Assembly (NCBI GenBank): GCA_047285305.1
Contig: JBJBDL010000003.1
Location: forward strand, 1,440,001 to 1,504,000
Origin: Synechococcus sp.
GTDB lineage: Bacteria > Cyanobacteriota > Cyanobacteriia > PCC-6307 > Cyanobiaceae
DNA length: 64,000 bases
Direction of reading: 5' to 3'
Shown: one piece after another, positions 40,513 to 49,659 of the stretch
Layout of the letters: each line of letters starts with the position of its first letter
Position numbering within the stretch: the first letter of the stretch is position 1
Translations under genes and position numbers: made by a program
Notes under the pieces: generated by a model
The model's input: the letters and a program-made list of their open reading frames with translations, nothing else
The model's database searches: none
What the model was told of the DNA's origin: nothing

Positions 40513-40737
40513 CCTTTAGGAGGGGTCCAGATCGCAGCGTTGCAGTTCCGGCTGGGTCAAGCGGTCAACGATTCGAGCCATATCCAGGGCTGTGAGTTCA
40601 CCGTTTTCGTCCCACTTGAGCGTGGTTTTGCGCTGGGCAGGGGGGTGGCCGGCAGCGCGTTCTGCAGAGCGGTCAGATCCCAAGTCCGATCACCAATGTC
40701 AGGAGAGCCACACATTAGTCGCGACTGAGGATCTCGT

Positions 40738-41424
40738 TTACATGCTGATAACTGTTGATGTGTTACCGGCAACGAGTCCGGCCCACTTCTGCAGAGGCGC
40801 CCACTGACCCAAGCGCTGGTCGAGCCAGCGGTGGCCATCGGCATTGAGATGGATCCCATCCGGTTCCATCCAGGTCAACCAGTCGGGCTCCTCCTGCATC
40901 TCCTGATGCATGGGCAGGAAGGGCACATCAGCCTCACGGCACTGTTCGGCAATCACGGCCTCCGTTGCCGCGATCTGGCTGTTGCTGTACCAGAGGCAGC
41001 CGGCAAAGGGCATCACGTGCTCATCCACCGCAGTAAGGCCCAGCACAAACACCTGCACCTCCTGGGCAACCTCATTTAGAAGTTGACCCAGGCCGAACGA
41101 AAAGGCCTCCACATCCAGTTGGGGTCTGCCGTCGATTCGACCAACGCGGGCGGTGTCATTCAGCCCGACACTGAGCAAAAGTCCGCCCGGTGTTTGGCGC
41201 CGCAGTTCGCCGCGGCAGTACCACTCGCTGCGCCAGCGGGCGGCCACGCGTTCCAGGCCATCCCCGCGGATGCCCAGGGGATACACCACAGGAGCGCTGG
41301 GTAGGTTCATCCAGCGCATGCGCAGCCGTTGGCACCAACCACCCGCTTCACGGTCACCCCAACCATGCACGCCACTGTCCCCGAGCACGATCAGCTGACG
41401 GGGGGCCTCGTTCGCACCGCTCAT
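40738..41424 (-). CDS. GDSL/SGNH hydrolase
   Basis: LGDS, GLND, DGIHLN blocks. Confidence 0.9.
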   Translation of the reverse strand: MSGANEAPRQLIVLGDSGVHGWGDREAGGWCQRLRMRWMNLPSAPVVYPLGIRGDGLERVAARWRSEWYCRGELRRQTPGGLLLSVGLNDTARVGRIDGRPQLDVEAFSFGLGQLLNEVAQEVQVFVLGLTAVDEHVMPFAGCLWYSNSQIAATEAVIAEQCREADVPFLPMHQEMQEEPDWLTWMEPDGIHLNADGHRWLDQRLGQWAPLQKWAGLVAGNTSTVISM

Positions 41425-42953
41425 AAGGCCATGGCCCGGCTGTTCCAGCTCCCCTGAAGTCGTTCCCCCAGGCTCTCACCCAGCAGTGTGAGCACCGCAG
41501 AGATCAGCACGATCCAGAGCACCAGCCACCAATGAAAAGAGCTGAGGGCCTCCATCAGCTGCCAGCCCAGACCGGCACCCCCAACCATGCCGATGATCGC
41601 GGTGTCGCGCAGGATCACATCCAACCGGTAGGTCGCATAAGTGAGGTAAGCGCGGCTCACATCCGCCAGGGGGCCGTAAAGCCAGCTCACCCGGGGGGAG
41701 GCGCCGCAGGCCTTCATGGTCTGGGCGGAACGCAATCCCTTGCTGCGGATGTCGTCGATTAGCACCCGACCCATCACACCACCGTGGTGCAGCCCTAGGG
41801 CCAGCCCTGCCAGGCTCAGGCTTGGTTTGGCCAGCATCAGCAGCAGAAGTGCGGTGAGAGGTGCCGGGATTAGTCGGAACGCCCCCCACACCACTCTCTG
41901 CAGACGCAGGCTGGCCTGGCTGGGGCAAACCAGCAGCAGCAGCGGTGGAAGGCCGGTGGCAACACAACCAGCGATCAGGGTGATCCACACCGTGGCACCA
42001 ATTACCCCTGGCCAGGAGATCTCAAGGGCAGCATTGAATCCCTGGGATCCGTCGATGAGGTTGCCTACAACCATCGACCAGTCAGCCACTGGCCAGGCCA
42101 GCTGCAGATCTAGCTGTGTTGCCCAGTCGAGGGCAACCCAGGTGCTGGCCATGGCCACGGGAAGAATCAGCATGCGTGACCAGCTGCGCAGCATTCGCAG
42201 CAGTCGGTCGAGCACAACCATGGAGATGGCCAGCAACCACAGGCCACTCCACAGTTCCTGAAATTGGAGCGAGCGCAGGCTGAGACTGAGCTCTGTCCCC
42301 AGTCCTCCGAGGCCGAAAACGCCAAGAATCAATGCTGAACGAAGTGCGCAATCGAGGCGGTGGCCGATGTGGTCGCTGATCGGCTCTGCCAGCGGAGGGA
42401 CAAGTCCGGTGAGCATCACTGCCCATGGCGTGGCGCCGGCTCTCTTGAGTGCGGGGATGGCCGGTGAAACGTGGCAATCCACCTGATCGGCAATCACCCG
42501 TGCCATCAGAACCGTGTAGGGAATCGCAATGGCGCTGACCGCAACCCAGTCATTCAGTCCGAACACCTGAAGCAGCAAAAGCCCCCAGATCAGTTCATGC
42601 ACAGCGCGCAGGGGCGTCAGCCAACGGCGCAAGATCACGGCAGGCCAACGCACCCCCGCCAGGATCTCCCAGAATGTCCCTGAGCTCAGGAGTCCTAGAC
42701 CCACGCCCAGAACACTACTGATGCCCCAGGACATCATGGCGATCACCAGGGTGATCTGGAGTCCGTTCAGCAAGCTGCCCAGAACGATGGGATCGATGGA
42801 GGGCTGCACGGCCCCAGCGGCGAACTGTTGCAGAACCGAAAGTCCTCCGCCGTGCCCATCGCGCAACAGCACCAAAAGAACGCCCAGCAGGCTGAGACCC
42901 GGCAGCAATGGGATCAGCGGCAGGGCTGGCTTCAAGCCGATGCGTAGAGCCAT
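41421..42953 (-). CDS. phnE: PhnE-like ABC permease (two fused domains)
   Basis: Two permease repeats (RAVHELIW...LGVFGLGGLG; IGMVGGAGLG). Confidence 0.85.
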   Translation of the reverse strand: MALRIGLKPALPLIPLLPGLSLLGVLLVLLRDGHGGGLSVLQQFAAGAVQPSIDPIVLGSLLNGLQITLVIAMMSWGISSVLGVGLGLLSSGTFWEILAGVRWPAVILRRWLTPLRAVHELIWGLLLLQVFGLNDWVAVSAIAIPYTVLMARVIADQVDCHVSPAIPALKRAGATPWAVMLTGLVPPLAEPISDHIGHRLDCALRSALILGVFGLGGLGTELSLSLRSLQFQELWSGLWLLAISMVVLDRLLRMLRSWSRMLILPVAMASTWVALDWATQLDLQLAWPVADWSMVVGNLIDGSQGFNAALEISWPGVIGATVWITLIAGCVATGLPPLLLLVCPSQASLRLQRVVWGAFRLIPAPLTALLLLMLAKPSLSLAGLALGLHHGGVMGRVLIDDIRSKGLRSAQTMKACGASPRVSWLYGPLADVSRAYLTYATYRLDVILRDTAIIGMVGGAGLGWQLMEALSSFHWWLVLWIVLISAVLTLLGESLGERLQGSWNSRAMAL

Positions 42954-43636
42954 TTCAACTGATCGCTATGAATGGTGTCTGGAGCCTCATCGATCACCAG
43001 GGCACCTTCACGGAGCCCCAGAACCCGATCAAACCGGTGTATGAGATCCGGTCGATGCAGGCTGATCAGACAGCCCGGCAAGAGAAGCAGGGTGTTGAGA
43101 ACGTCTTCGGCGAGGCTGGGATCAAGGGCGGAGAGGGGTTCGTCCGCCAGCACGAGTTCAGGCCGCTGATACAGCAAACGGCCCAGAGCTACCCGTTGGC
43201 GCTGCCCTCCAGAGAGCTCACGCACGGGCTGTTCAAGCAAATCGGACTCCAGTTTCACCTGGTTCATCAGCTCCAGGCAGGTGTTTGGGTCCAGGCGACC
43301 AAGCAGGTTTCGAATCGCCCAGAGAAGCCCATGGCGTCCCAAGGCACCGCTGTTGATGTTCTGGATAACACTCAGTTCCTCCACCAGGCGCAGGTCCTGC
43401 CAAAGCGTGCCGATTTGGCGCCGTTGCCGGCGGGACAGCTGCTGATGGGGGCGACCACACCAGTGCACGGATCCTGCATCGGGGCTTAATGCCCCGTTGC
43501 AGAGCTTCAGCAACGTGGTCTTGCCGGCGCCACTGGCACCGAGCAAAACCACACGCTGGTCCGCACGAAGGGTGAGGGTGATCGGTTGGAGCCGTTGCCC
43601 CAGGCAGGCCTGGTGCAGCTCCAGCAGCGCTGTCAA
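42932..43636 (-). CDS. phnC: PhnC-like ABC ATP-binding protein
   Basis: GASGAGKTT, LSGGQRQRV, ADEPLSALDP, SLH. Confidence 0.85.
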   Translation of the reverse strand: MTALLELHQACLGQRLQPITLTLRADQRVVLLGASGAGKTTLLKLCNGALSPDAGSVHWCGRPHQQLSRRQRRQIGTLWQDLRLVEELSVIQNINSGALGRHGLLWAIRNLLGRLDPNTCLELMNQVKLESDLLEQPVRELSGGQRQRVALGRLLYQRPELVLADEPLSALDPSLAEDVLNTLLLLPGCLISLHRPDLIHRFDRVLGLREGALVIDEAPDTIHSDQLKWLYASA

Positions 43637-44556
43637 CGGATCTTTCCGAGTTGGCGACCCACTGTTTCGATCATGACGTAGTCCTCGTCCTTGGCGGGGA
43701 TGAAGCGTTCGGCACCGAACAGCTCAAGAATTGTGGCGCCGTTCTCTGTGTCTGTCGAAAGGTCCAGCAACGCTGTCTGGAGCTTGTCGGTGAAACCATC
43801 ACCAAAGCGCTCATTCAGACCGGGTCTTACAACCCAGTGGTAATCCACGTAGGGCGGTGTCCTCCAGATCACCGACACCTTGCCTGGATCCACGCGGCCG
43901 TCCGCCAAATTGCTGCGCCAGACCTGCTCGTTTAAGGCGCCCACCTCGTAGGCACCGCTTTGCACCACAGCAATGGTGGCGTCGTGGCTTCCGCTGAAGC
44001 CAGGTCCGCCCCCTGCTAGATCCTCAGGTTTCACGCCGTTTTCCCCCATGAAGAACTGGGGCATCAGGCGGCCGGAGGTGGAACTCTCCGAACCGAAGGC
44101 CAGTCGGCGTCCCTTCAGTTGCACCAGTTGGTCGGCACTGGTGAAGGGGCGCAAACCACTGGCGCCATTGGCGATGAACACACTGGTGAACACTGCATCG
44201 ATGTCCCGTTGCGCCAGCACTCGGGCTCCAGGCGTCTGCAGCCTGGCCTGCACACCGGTGAGTCCACCGAACCAGACCAGATCAAGGCTGCCGGTGCGGA
44301 AGGCACTTACTGCAGCCGCGTAGTTGCTCACCGGGGCATACCGCACTGGCACAGCCAGCTTTTCGCTGAGTTCCGCAGAGAGCGTGCCGTAAAGGCGATT
44401 GAGTTTCTCGGGGTTCTGGTCGGGGATCGCCCCGATCTGCAGAACGGCCTGCTTGGCATCGTTCTGGGGTGACCCGCAACTGGAAACATTGGCCGTGAGT
44501 GCCAGGACGGCAATCAATCCGGTGGCCACGACGACTCCGCGTTCTCTTACAGACAT
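43633..44556 (-). CDS. phnD: PhnD-like periplasmic binding protein
   Basis: Lipoprotein signal, IPDQNPEKL, SSTSGRLMP, SGSHDAT, YVDYHW. Confidence 0.85.
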   Translation of the reverse strand: MSVRERGVVVATGLIAVLALTANVSSCGSPQNDAKQAVLQIGAIPDQNPEKLNRLYGTLSAELSEKLAVPVRYAPVSNYAAAVSAFRTGSLDLVWFGGLTGVQARLQTPGARVLAQRDIDAVFTSVFIANGASGLRPFTSADQLVQLKGRRLAFGSESSTSGRLMPQFFMGENGVKPEDLAGGGPGFSGSHDATIAVVQSGAYEVGALNEQVWRSNLADGRVDPGKVSVIWRTPPYVDYHWVVRPGLNERFGDGFTDKLQTALLDLSTDTENGATILELFGAERFIPAKDEDYVMIETVGRQLGKIR

Positions 44557-44583
44557 TCAGCAATTCCAAGTGATCAGTTCGGA

Positions 44584-45762
44584 TCAGAAGGAACGAAGCA
44601 GCCGCTTCAGTCGCATCAGTCCATCGTTGATCGTCTCATCCGCTACAGCACAAGAGAGTCGAATGCAGCGGTCATTGCCGAAGGCCAGGCCCGGAATCAT
44701 GGCCAGGCCTTCCTGTTCCAGGGCTTGTCGGCAGAACTCCATCGAATCAGGCACGCCGTCCGGCAGGCGGGGGAAGGCGTAGAAGGCCCCTTGAGGGGGC
44801 GTCAGGGTGATGCCATCCAGAGCCTGCAGCCCTTGCGTGAGCAGAGTTCGGCGGCGGTTGTAGCTGATTGCCATCTGGTGCACGCAATCTCGGGGACCTT
44901 CGATCGCCGCCAGGGCACCCCGTTGAGCAAAGCTGCACACATTGCTGGTGCTCTGGCTCTGCAGGGCTGAAGCAGCCTTGATCACGGCAGCATCTCCAGC
45001 TAGATAACCGAGGCGCCAGCCGGTCATCGCCCAGCCTTTGGCAAAGCCGTTCACGGTGAAGCAGCGCGAGCGGATCTTTTCGGCAATGGCCGCAAAGCTG
45101 CAGTGCTGCTGACCATCGGCTAAGAGATATTCATAGATCTCATCGCTCATCACCATCAGCTGGGGGTGACGGGCCACCAGCGCGGCCAGGTCCTCGAGTT
45201 CGGCCCGTTTCATCACCTGGCCGCTAGGGTTGCCAGGAGAATTGATCACCAGCAGTCGGCTGCTTGGGGTGATCTGCTGCTCCAACAGATCGAGGTCGAG
45301 ACGGAAGCCTTCCTCAGCTTCGGTGGGGATGATCCTGGTGCTTGCCCCGGCCAGGGCTGCCATCTCGGGATAGCTCAGCCAGTAGGGCGCCGGCACCAGA
45401 ACTTCGTCGCCGGGATTGAGCAGCACCTGGAACAGGTTGTAGATGGCTTGCTTGCCACCGTTGGTCACCAGAACCTGCTCGGGCTGGGTTGGAATCCCGT
45501 TTTCGACGCTCAGCTTTTGGGCCAGAGCAGCACGAAGATCAGGGTCCCCTGCGGCGGGTCCGTAGCGGGTGAAGCCGGATCCCAGAGCACGCTGGGCCGC
45601 TTCAACGATGAATGGAGGCGTCGCAAAGTCCGGCTCACCGGCACTGAGGCTGCAGATGTCCTTACCGCTATCGCGCAGTGCTTTGGCCTTGGCGCTGATC
45701 TCCAGCGTCAGCGACGGTTTGAGGGCGACAGCCCGGTCGGAAAGTTCTAACGGGCGCGGCAT
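44584..45762 (-). CDS. Class I PLP-dependent (aspartate) aminotransferase
   Basis: GEPDF, NSPGNPSG, SDEIY, GFAKGWAMTGWRLG. Confidence 0.92.
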   Translation of the reverse strand: MPRPLELSDRAVALKPSLTLEISAKAKALRDSGKDICSLSAGEPDFATPPFIVEAAQRALGSGFTRYGPAAGDPDLRAALAQKLSVENGIPTQPEQVLVTNGGKQAIYNLFQVLLNPGDEVLVPAPYWLSYPEMAALAGASTRIIPTEAEEGFRLDLDLLEQQITPSSRLLVINSPGNPSGQVMKRAELEDLAALVARHPQLMVMSDEIYEYLLADGQQHCSFAAIAEKIRSRCFTVNGFAKGWAMTGWRLGYLAGDAAVIKAASALQSQSTSNVCSFAQRGALAAIEGPRDCVHQMAISYNRRRTLLTQGLQALDGITLTPPQGAFYAFPRLPDGVPDSMEFCRQALEQEGLAMIPGLAFGNDRCIRLSCAVADETINDGLMRLKRLLRSF

Positions 45763-45848
45763 CGGTAACGCACCTCCCCTCGGTGCGTTTAAAACTTGAT
45801 CATCCTGCCGCAGATGGTGTCGCAGACAACCTTGATTTTTTGGCGCCC

Positions 45849-46250
45849 ATGAATGCGATACAGATCGGGTGGGTCTTGGCAGCAGAGGACAGCGCCCGGT
45901 TGGCGACGTTCTACAGGGAGCTGTTTCAAGCCACGTTGAAGCCTGGGGTGGCGGAGCATCACTGCATCGTTCAATTCAGCGATGGCACCCAGCTGGAGAT
46001 CTACAGGCCTTCACGCCGGCGCTCTTTTCCAGCCAGGGGGCGAGCGCTGGCGCCCTGTTTGCGGCTCCCGCCATCACAGGAGCCCCTCCCTGAACTTCAG
46101 CGACTGCTCAGTAACGCCTTGCAGCGTGGTGGATCGCTTCTCGAGGAGGCGCGGCTTGAGCCCTTTGGTGCTGAGGCCTGGATCCATGATCCGGAGGGCA
46201 ATCCTCTGTTGCTGTTGGCTCCGCTGGCCTCTGCCGCCTCGATTTCATGA
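45849..46250 (+). CDS. VOC/glyoxalase family protein
   Basis: LATFYRELF and WIHDPEGN motifs. Confidence 0.8.
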   Translation: MNAIQIGWVLAAEDSARLATFYRELFQATLKPGVAEHHCIVQFSDGTQLEIYRPSRRRSFPARGRALAPCLRLPPSQEPLPELQRLLSNALQRGGSLLEEARLEPFGAEAWIHDPEGNPLLLLAPLASAASIS

Positions 46251-46810
46251 CCATGTCCATCCTGAAGGCCTGCAGTTCCTGCACAGCCTGTGACCTCGCC
46301 AGCACGCGCCACACCGTCGTGATCAGTCGCGGCAATCCCACGGCGGATCTAATGCTGATCGGTGAAGCTCCCGGAGCTCAGGAAGATGCTCAGGGCGTCC
46401 CGTTTGTCGGGCGTTCAGGACGTGCCCTCGATCAACTGCTGCAGGATGTGGATCTGGATCCCGAGCATGACCTCTACATCTGCAATGCGATCAAATGCAG
46501 GCCCCCCAACAACCGACGACCAAAAAAAACTGAGTTGGCTGCTTGCCGGACCTGGCTTGACCTGCAACTGGAGGCCGTTGATCCCACAGTGATCGTGCTC
46601 ACGGGAGCCACCGCTGTGGAGGCCATCCTTGGCATCAAGGGGGGCATGACCCAGCTTCGTGGTCAGTGGCAGAGCTGGAATGGACGGGCTGTGATGCCGA
46701 TTTTTCACCCCTCCTATCTGCTGCGGAATCCCTCCAAAGCAGCCGGCGCGCCCCTGGATCTGACACGGCAGGATCTCGACACGGTTCGGCGCAGGCTGTG
46801 CGAACGTTGA
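46247..46810 (+). CDS. Uracil-DNA glycosylase, family 4
   Basis: [34 protein letters not shown]. Confidence 0.93.
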   Translation: MTMSILKACSSCTACDLASTRHTVVISRGNPTADLMLIGEAPGAQEDAQGVPFVGRSGRALDQLLQDVDLDPEHDLYICNAIKCRPPNNRRPKKTELAACRTWLDLQLEAVDPTVIVLTGATAVEAILGIKGGMTQLRGQWQSWNGRAVMPIFHPSYLLRNPSKAAGAPLDLTRQDLDTVRRRLCER

Positions 46811-46830
46811 CGCGCTTCACCACCGGCCCC

Positions 46831-48027
46831 ATGACTGCCCTGGATCGGCGCTACGACACCCAGATCCACCGCCGTGTGACCCGCACTGTGATGGTTGGTG
46901 ATGTGCCACTGGGCAGCGAGCACCCAATAGTGGTGCAGTCGATGATCAACGAGGACACCCTTGACATCGAGGCTGCTGTAGCCGGCATCATCCGCCTGGC
47001 CGAAGCAGGCAGTGAGATCGTCCGGGTGACGACCCCCTCGATGGCCCACGCCAAGGCGATGGGACAGATCCGTCGGGAGCTTCGTCAGCGCGGCTGCACC
47101 GTTCCCCTGGTGGCAGATGTTCACCACAACGGCATCAAAATCGCCCTGGAGGTCGCCCAGCACGTCGACAAAGTCCGGATCAATCCCGGCCTGTTCATTT
47201 TTGATAAGCCAGATCCGAATCGCCAGGAGTTCAGCTCCGAAGAATTTGCCGCCATCGGCCAGCGCATCCGTGAGCAGTTCGAGCCCCTGGTGACCCTGCT
47301 GCGGGATCAGAACAAGGCGCTTCGAATCGGTGTGAACCATGGCTCCCTTGCGGAGCGGATGCTGTTCACCTACGGCGACACCCCTGAGGGGATGGTCGAG
47401 TCAGCGATGGAATTCGTGCGCATCTGCCATGAGCTTGATTTCCACAACATCGTGATTTCGATGAAGGCCTCGCGAGCTCCGGTGATGCTCGCGGCCTACC
47501 GCCTGATGGCAGACACCATGGACAAGGAAGGTTTCAATTACCCACTCCACCTGGGCGTGACCGAAGCCGGTGATGGTGATTACGGCCGGATCAAGAGCAC
47601 CGCAGGAATCGCCACACTCCTGGCCGATGGATTGGGAGACACCCTCCGGGTCTCACTTACGGAGGCCCCTGAAAAGGAAATACCGGTCTGCTACTCGATT
47701 CTTCAATCCCTGGGTCTGCGCAAGACCATGGTCGAGTACGTCGCCTGCCCTAGCTGCGGTCGCACCCTGTTCAATCTCGAGGAGGTGTTGCATAAGGTGC
47801 GCAACGCCACATCTCACCTCACGGGTCTGGACATCGCCGTGATGGGATGCATCGTCAATGGTCCCGGCGAGATGGCCGACGCCGATTACGGCTATGTCGG
47901 CAAAACTCCGGGCGTGATTTCGCTTTATCGCGGCCGTGATGAAATTCGCAAGGTGCCTGAAGCTGAGGGCGTTGAAGCCCTGATCCAATTGATCAAAGAG
48001 GACGGTCGCTGGGTGGAGCCCGCCTGA
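46831..48027 (+). CDS. ispG: 4-hydroxy-3-methylbut-2-enyl diphosphate synthase
   Basis: [43 protein letters not shown]. Confidence 0.97.
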   Translation: MTALDRRYDTQIHRRVTRTVMVGDVPLGSEHPIVVQSMINEDTLDIEAAVAGIIRLAEAGSEIVRVTTPSMAHAKAMGQIRRELRQRGCTVPLVADVHHNGIKIALEVAQHVDKVRINPGLFIFDKPDPNRQEFSSEEFAAIGQRIREQFEPLVTLLRDQNKALRIGVNHGSLAERMLFTYGDTPEGMVESAMEFVRICHELDFHNIVISMKASRAPVMLAAYRLMADTMDKEGFNYPLHLGVTEAGDGDYGRIKSTAGIATLLADGLGDTLRVSLTEAPEKEIPVCYSILQSLGLRKTMVEYVACPSCGRTLFNLEEVLHKVRNATSHLTGLDIAVMGCIVNGPGEMADADYGYVGKTPGVISLYRGRDEIRKVPEAEGVEALIQLIKEDGRWVEPA

Positions 48028-48061
48028 TCTCGTTAATCTGAAGAATCAGTCCTGAAGGGCC

Positions 48062-49411
48062 ATGGTTCGGAGTCAGCGCCTGCGTTCTTTGGTCCGGTCG
48101 ACTCCGTTGCTGTTGATGCTGGGGGTCGGTGGTGTAGTCACCGCCTTGGGCATCAGCTCACCAGGTCTTTCCCTTCCATCGGCCTCCGGCGGATCGATTC
48201 ACGACAGCCCCAAGGAGGTGATTGATCAAGTTTGGCAGATCGTTTATCGCGATTACCTGGATTCCACGGGCTCCTACGACGAAAGAACGTGGCGCCAATT
48301 GCGGAGCAATCTGCTGCGCAAGTCCTACGGGGGCAGCGCCGAGTCCTACGAGGCGATCCGGGGCATGCTGGCCAGCCTTGATGACCCCTACACGCGTTTC
48401 CTTGATCCAAAGGAGTTCAAGGAGATGCAAATCGACACCTCCGGTGAGTTGATGGGCGTGGGCATTCAGCTCAGTCTCGACAAAGACACGAAAGAGCTGA
48501 TTGTTGTCTCTCCGATTGAGGGCACCCCTGCATCCCGTGCGGGCATTCAGCCCAAGGATGTGATCGTTTCCATCGATGATGCCTCCACCAAAGGCATGAC
48601 CACCGAGGACGCCGTCAAGTTGATTCGTGGTCCTGAAGGCACCGATGTCGTACTGGGCCTCAGGCGCCAGGGTCAGGTGCTGAATGTGCCGTTGAAACGG
48701 GCGCGAATTGAGATTCTTGCCGTGAAGGCCATGCTCAACACGACGCCCAATGGCCGCAAGGTGGGCTACATCCGTCTCAAGCAATTCAATGCCAACGCCA
48801 CGCGTGAGATGCGTGCGGCCGTCAAGGATCTGGAATCACAGGCTGCTGAGGGCTACGTGCTGGATCTACGCAGCAATCCCGGCGGCTTGCTCGAGGCCAG
48901 CGTGGACATCGCTCGCCAATGGCTCAACGAGGGCACGATCGTCAGCACCCGAACCCGCGCAGGAATCCGCGATGTGAGGCGCGCCACGGGCAGTGCAATC
49001 ACCGACAAACCCCTGGTGGTGCTGATTGATCAGGGATCTGCCAGTGCCAGCGAAATTCTTTCAGGGGCACTTCAGGACAATTCCCGTGCCCAACTCGTTG
49101 GACAGAAGACCTTTGGCAAAGGGCTTGTCCAGGCCGTTCGCGGGTTGGCCGATGGATCCGGTCTGACGGTCACCATCGCGAAGTACCTCACACCCAAGGG
49201 AACCGATATTCACAAGAACGGCATCAAACCGGACATCGAAGCGGCGATGTCGACGAAGGAGATCAAGAATTTCTCGGTTGAAGATCTGGGAACCCAGAAA
49301 GACAGTCAGTACAGGACAGCTGAAGGCAGCCTGTTGAACCAATTGAAGAAAATGCAGGCAGGCACTACTTATCAACCTGGTGGAGCCAACCTCAGCTACG
49401 CGTTGCAGTAG
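48062..49411 (+). CDS. C-terminal processing protease (S41 family, CtpA/B/C group)
   Basis: DPYTRF, PDZ domain, DLRSNPGG, SASASEI, TFGKG. Confidence 0.93.
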   Translation: MVRSQRLRSLVRSTPLLLMLGVGGVVTALGISSPGLSLPSASGGSIHDSPKEVIDQVWQIVYRDYLDSTGSYDERTWRQLRSNLLRKSYGGSAESYEAIRGMLASLDDPYTRFLDPKEFKEMQIDTSGELMGVGIQLSLDKDTKELIVVSPIEGTPASRAGIQPKDVIVSIDDASTKGMTTEDAVKLIRGPEGTDVVLGLRRQGQVLNVPLKRARIEILAVKAMLNTTPNGRKVGYIRLKQFNANATREMRAAVKDLESQAAEGYVLDLRSNPGGLLEASVDIARQWLNEGTIVSTRTRAGIRDVRRATGSAITDKPLVVLIDQGSASASEILSGALQDNSRAQLVGQKTFGKGLVQAVRGLADGSGLTVTIAKYLTPKGTDIHKNGIKPDIEAAMSTKEIKNFSVEDLGTQKDSQYRTAEGSLLNQLKKMQAGTTYQPGGANLSYALQ

Positions 49412-49412
49412 C

Positions 49413-49580
49413 TCAGGAGACGGGCTGCATCAGTCCGCCTCCACCACCACCATTGGAGTCGTCATCGTCTGAAGCGCCGGGCTGGAACAGGGCGTACACG
49501 CCAAGAGCGGTGGCACAGAAAACGCCGCTGATCAGTTCCAGAGAAACGCCACCAGCACTGATCTCGACGAATTCACCCAT
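49413..49580 (-). CDS. Small single-TM protein (55 aa), below the ORF track cutoff
   Basis: Manual translation MGEFVEISAGGVSLELISGVFCATALGVYALFQPGASDDDDSNGGGGGGLMQPVS. Confidence 0.65.
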   Translation of the reverse strand: MGEFVEISAGGVSLELISGVFCATALGVYALFQPGASDDDDSNGGGGGGLMQPVS

Positions 49581-49659
49581 GTCCAACGGATTTCGCTGGC
49601 ACCAATGTAACGAAGAATTGCGTGGTTGGTAACGTTATTCTCAGAATTCGGTTCAGGAT

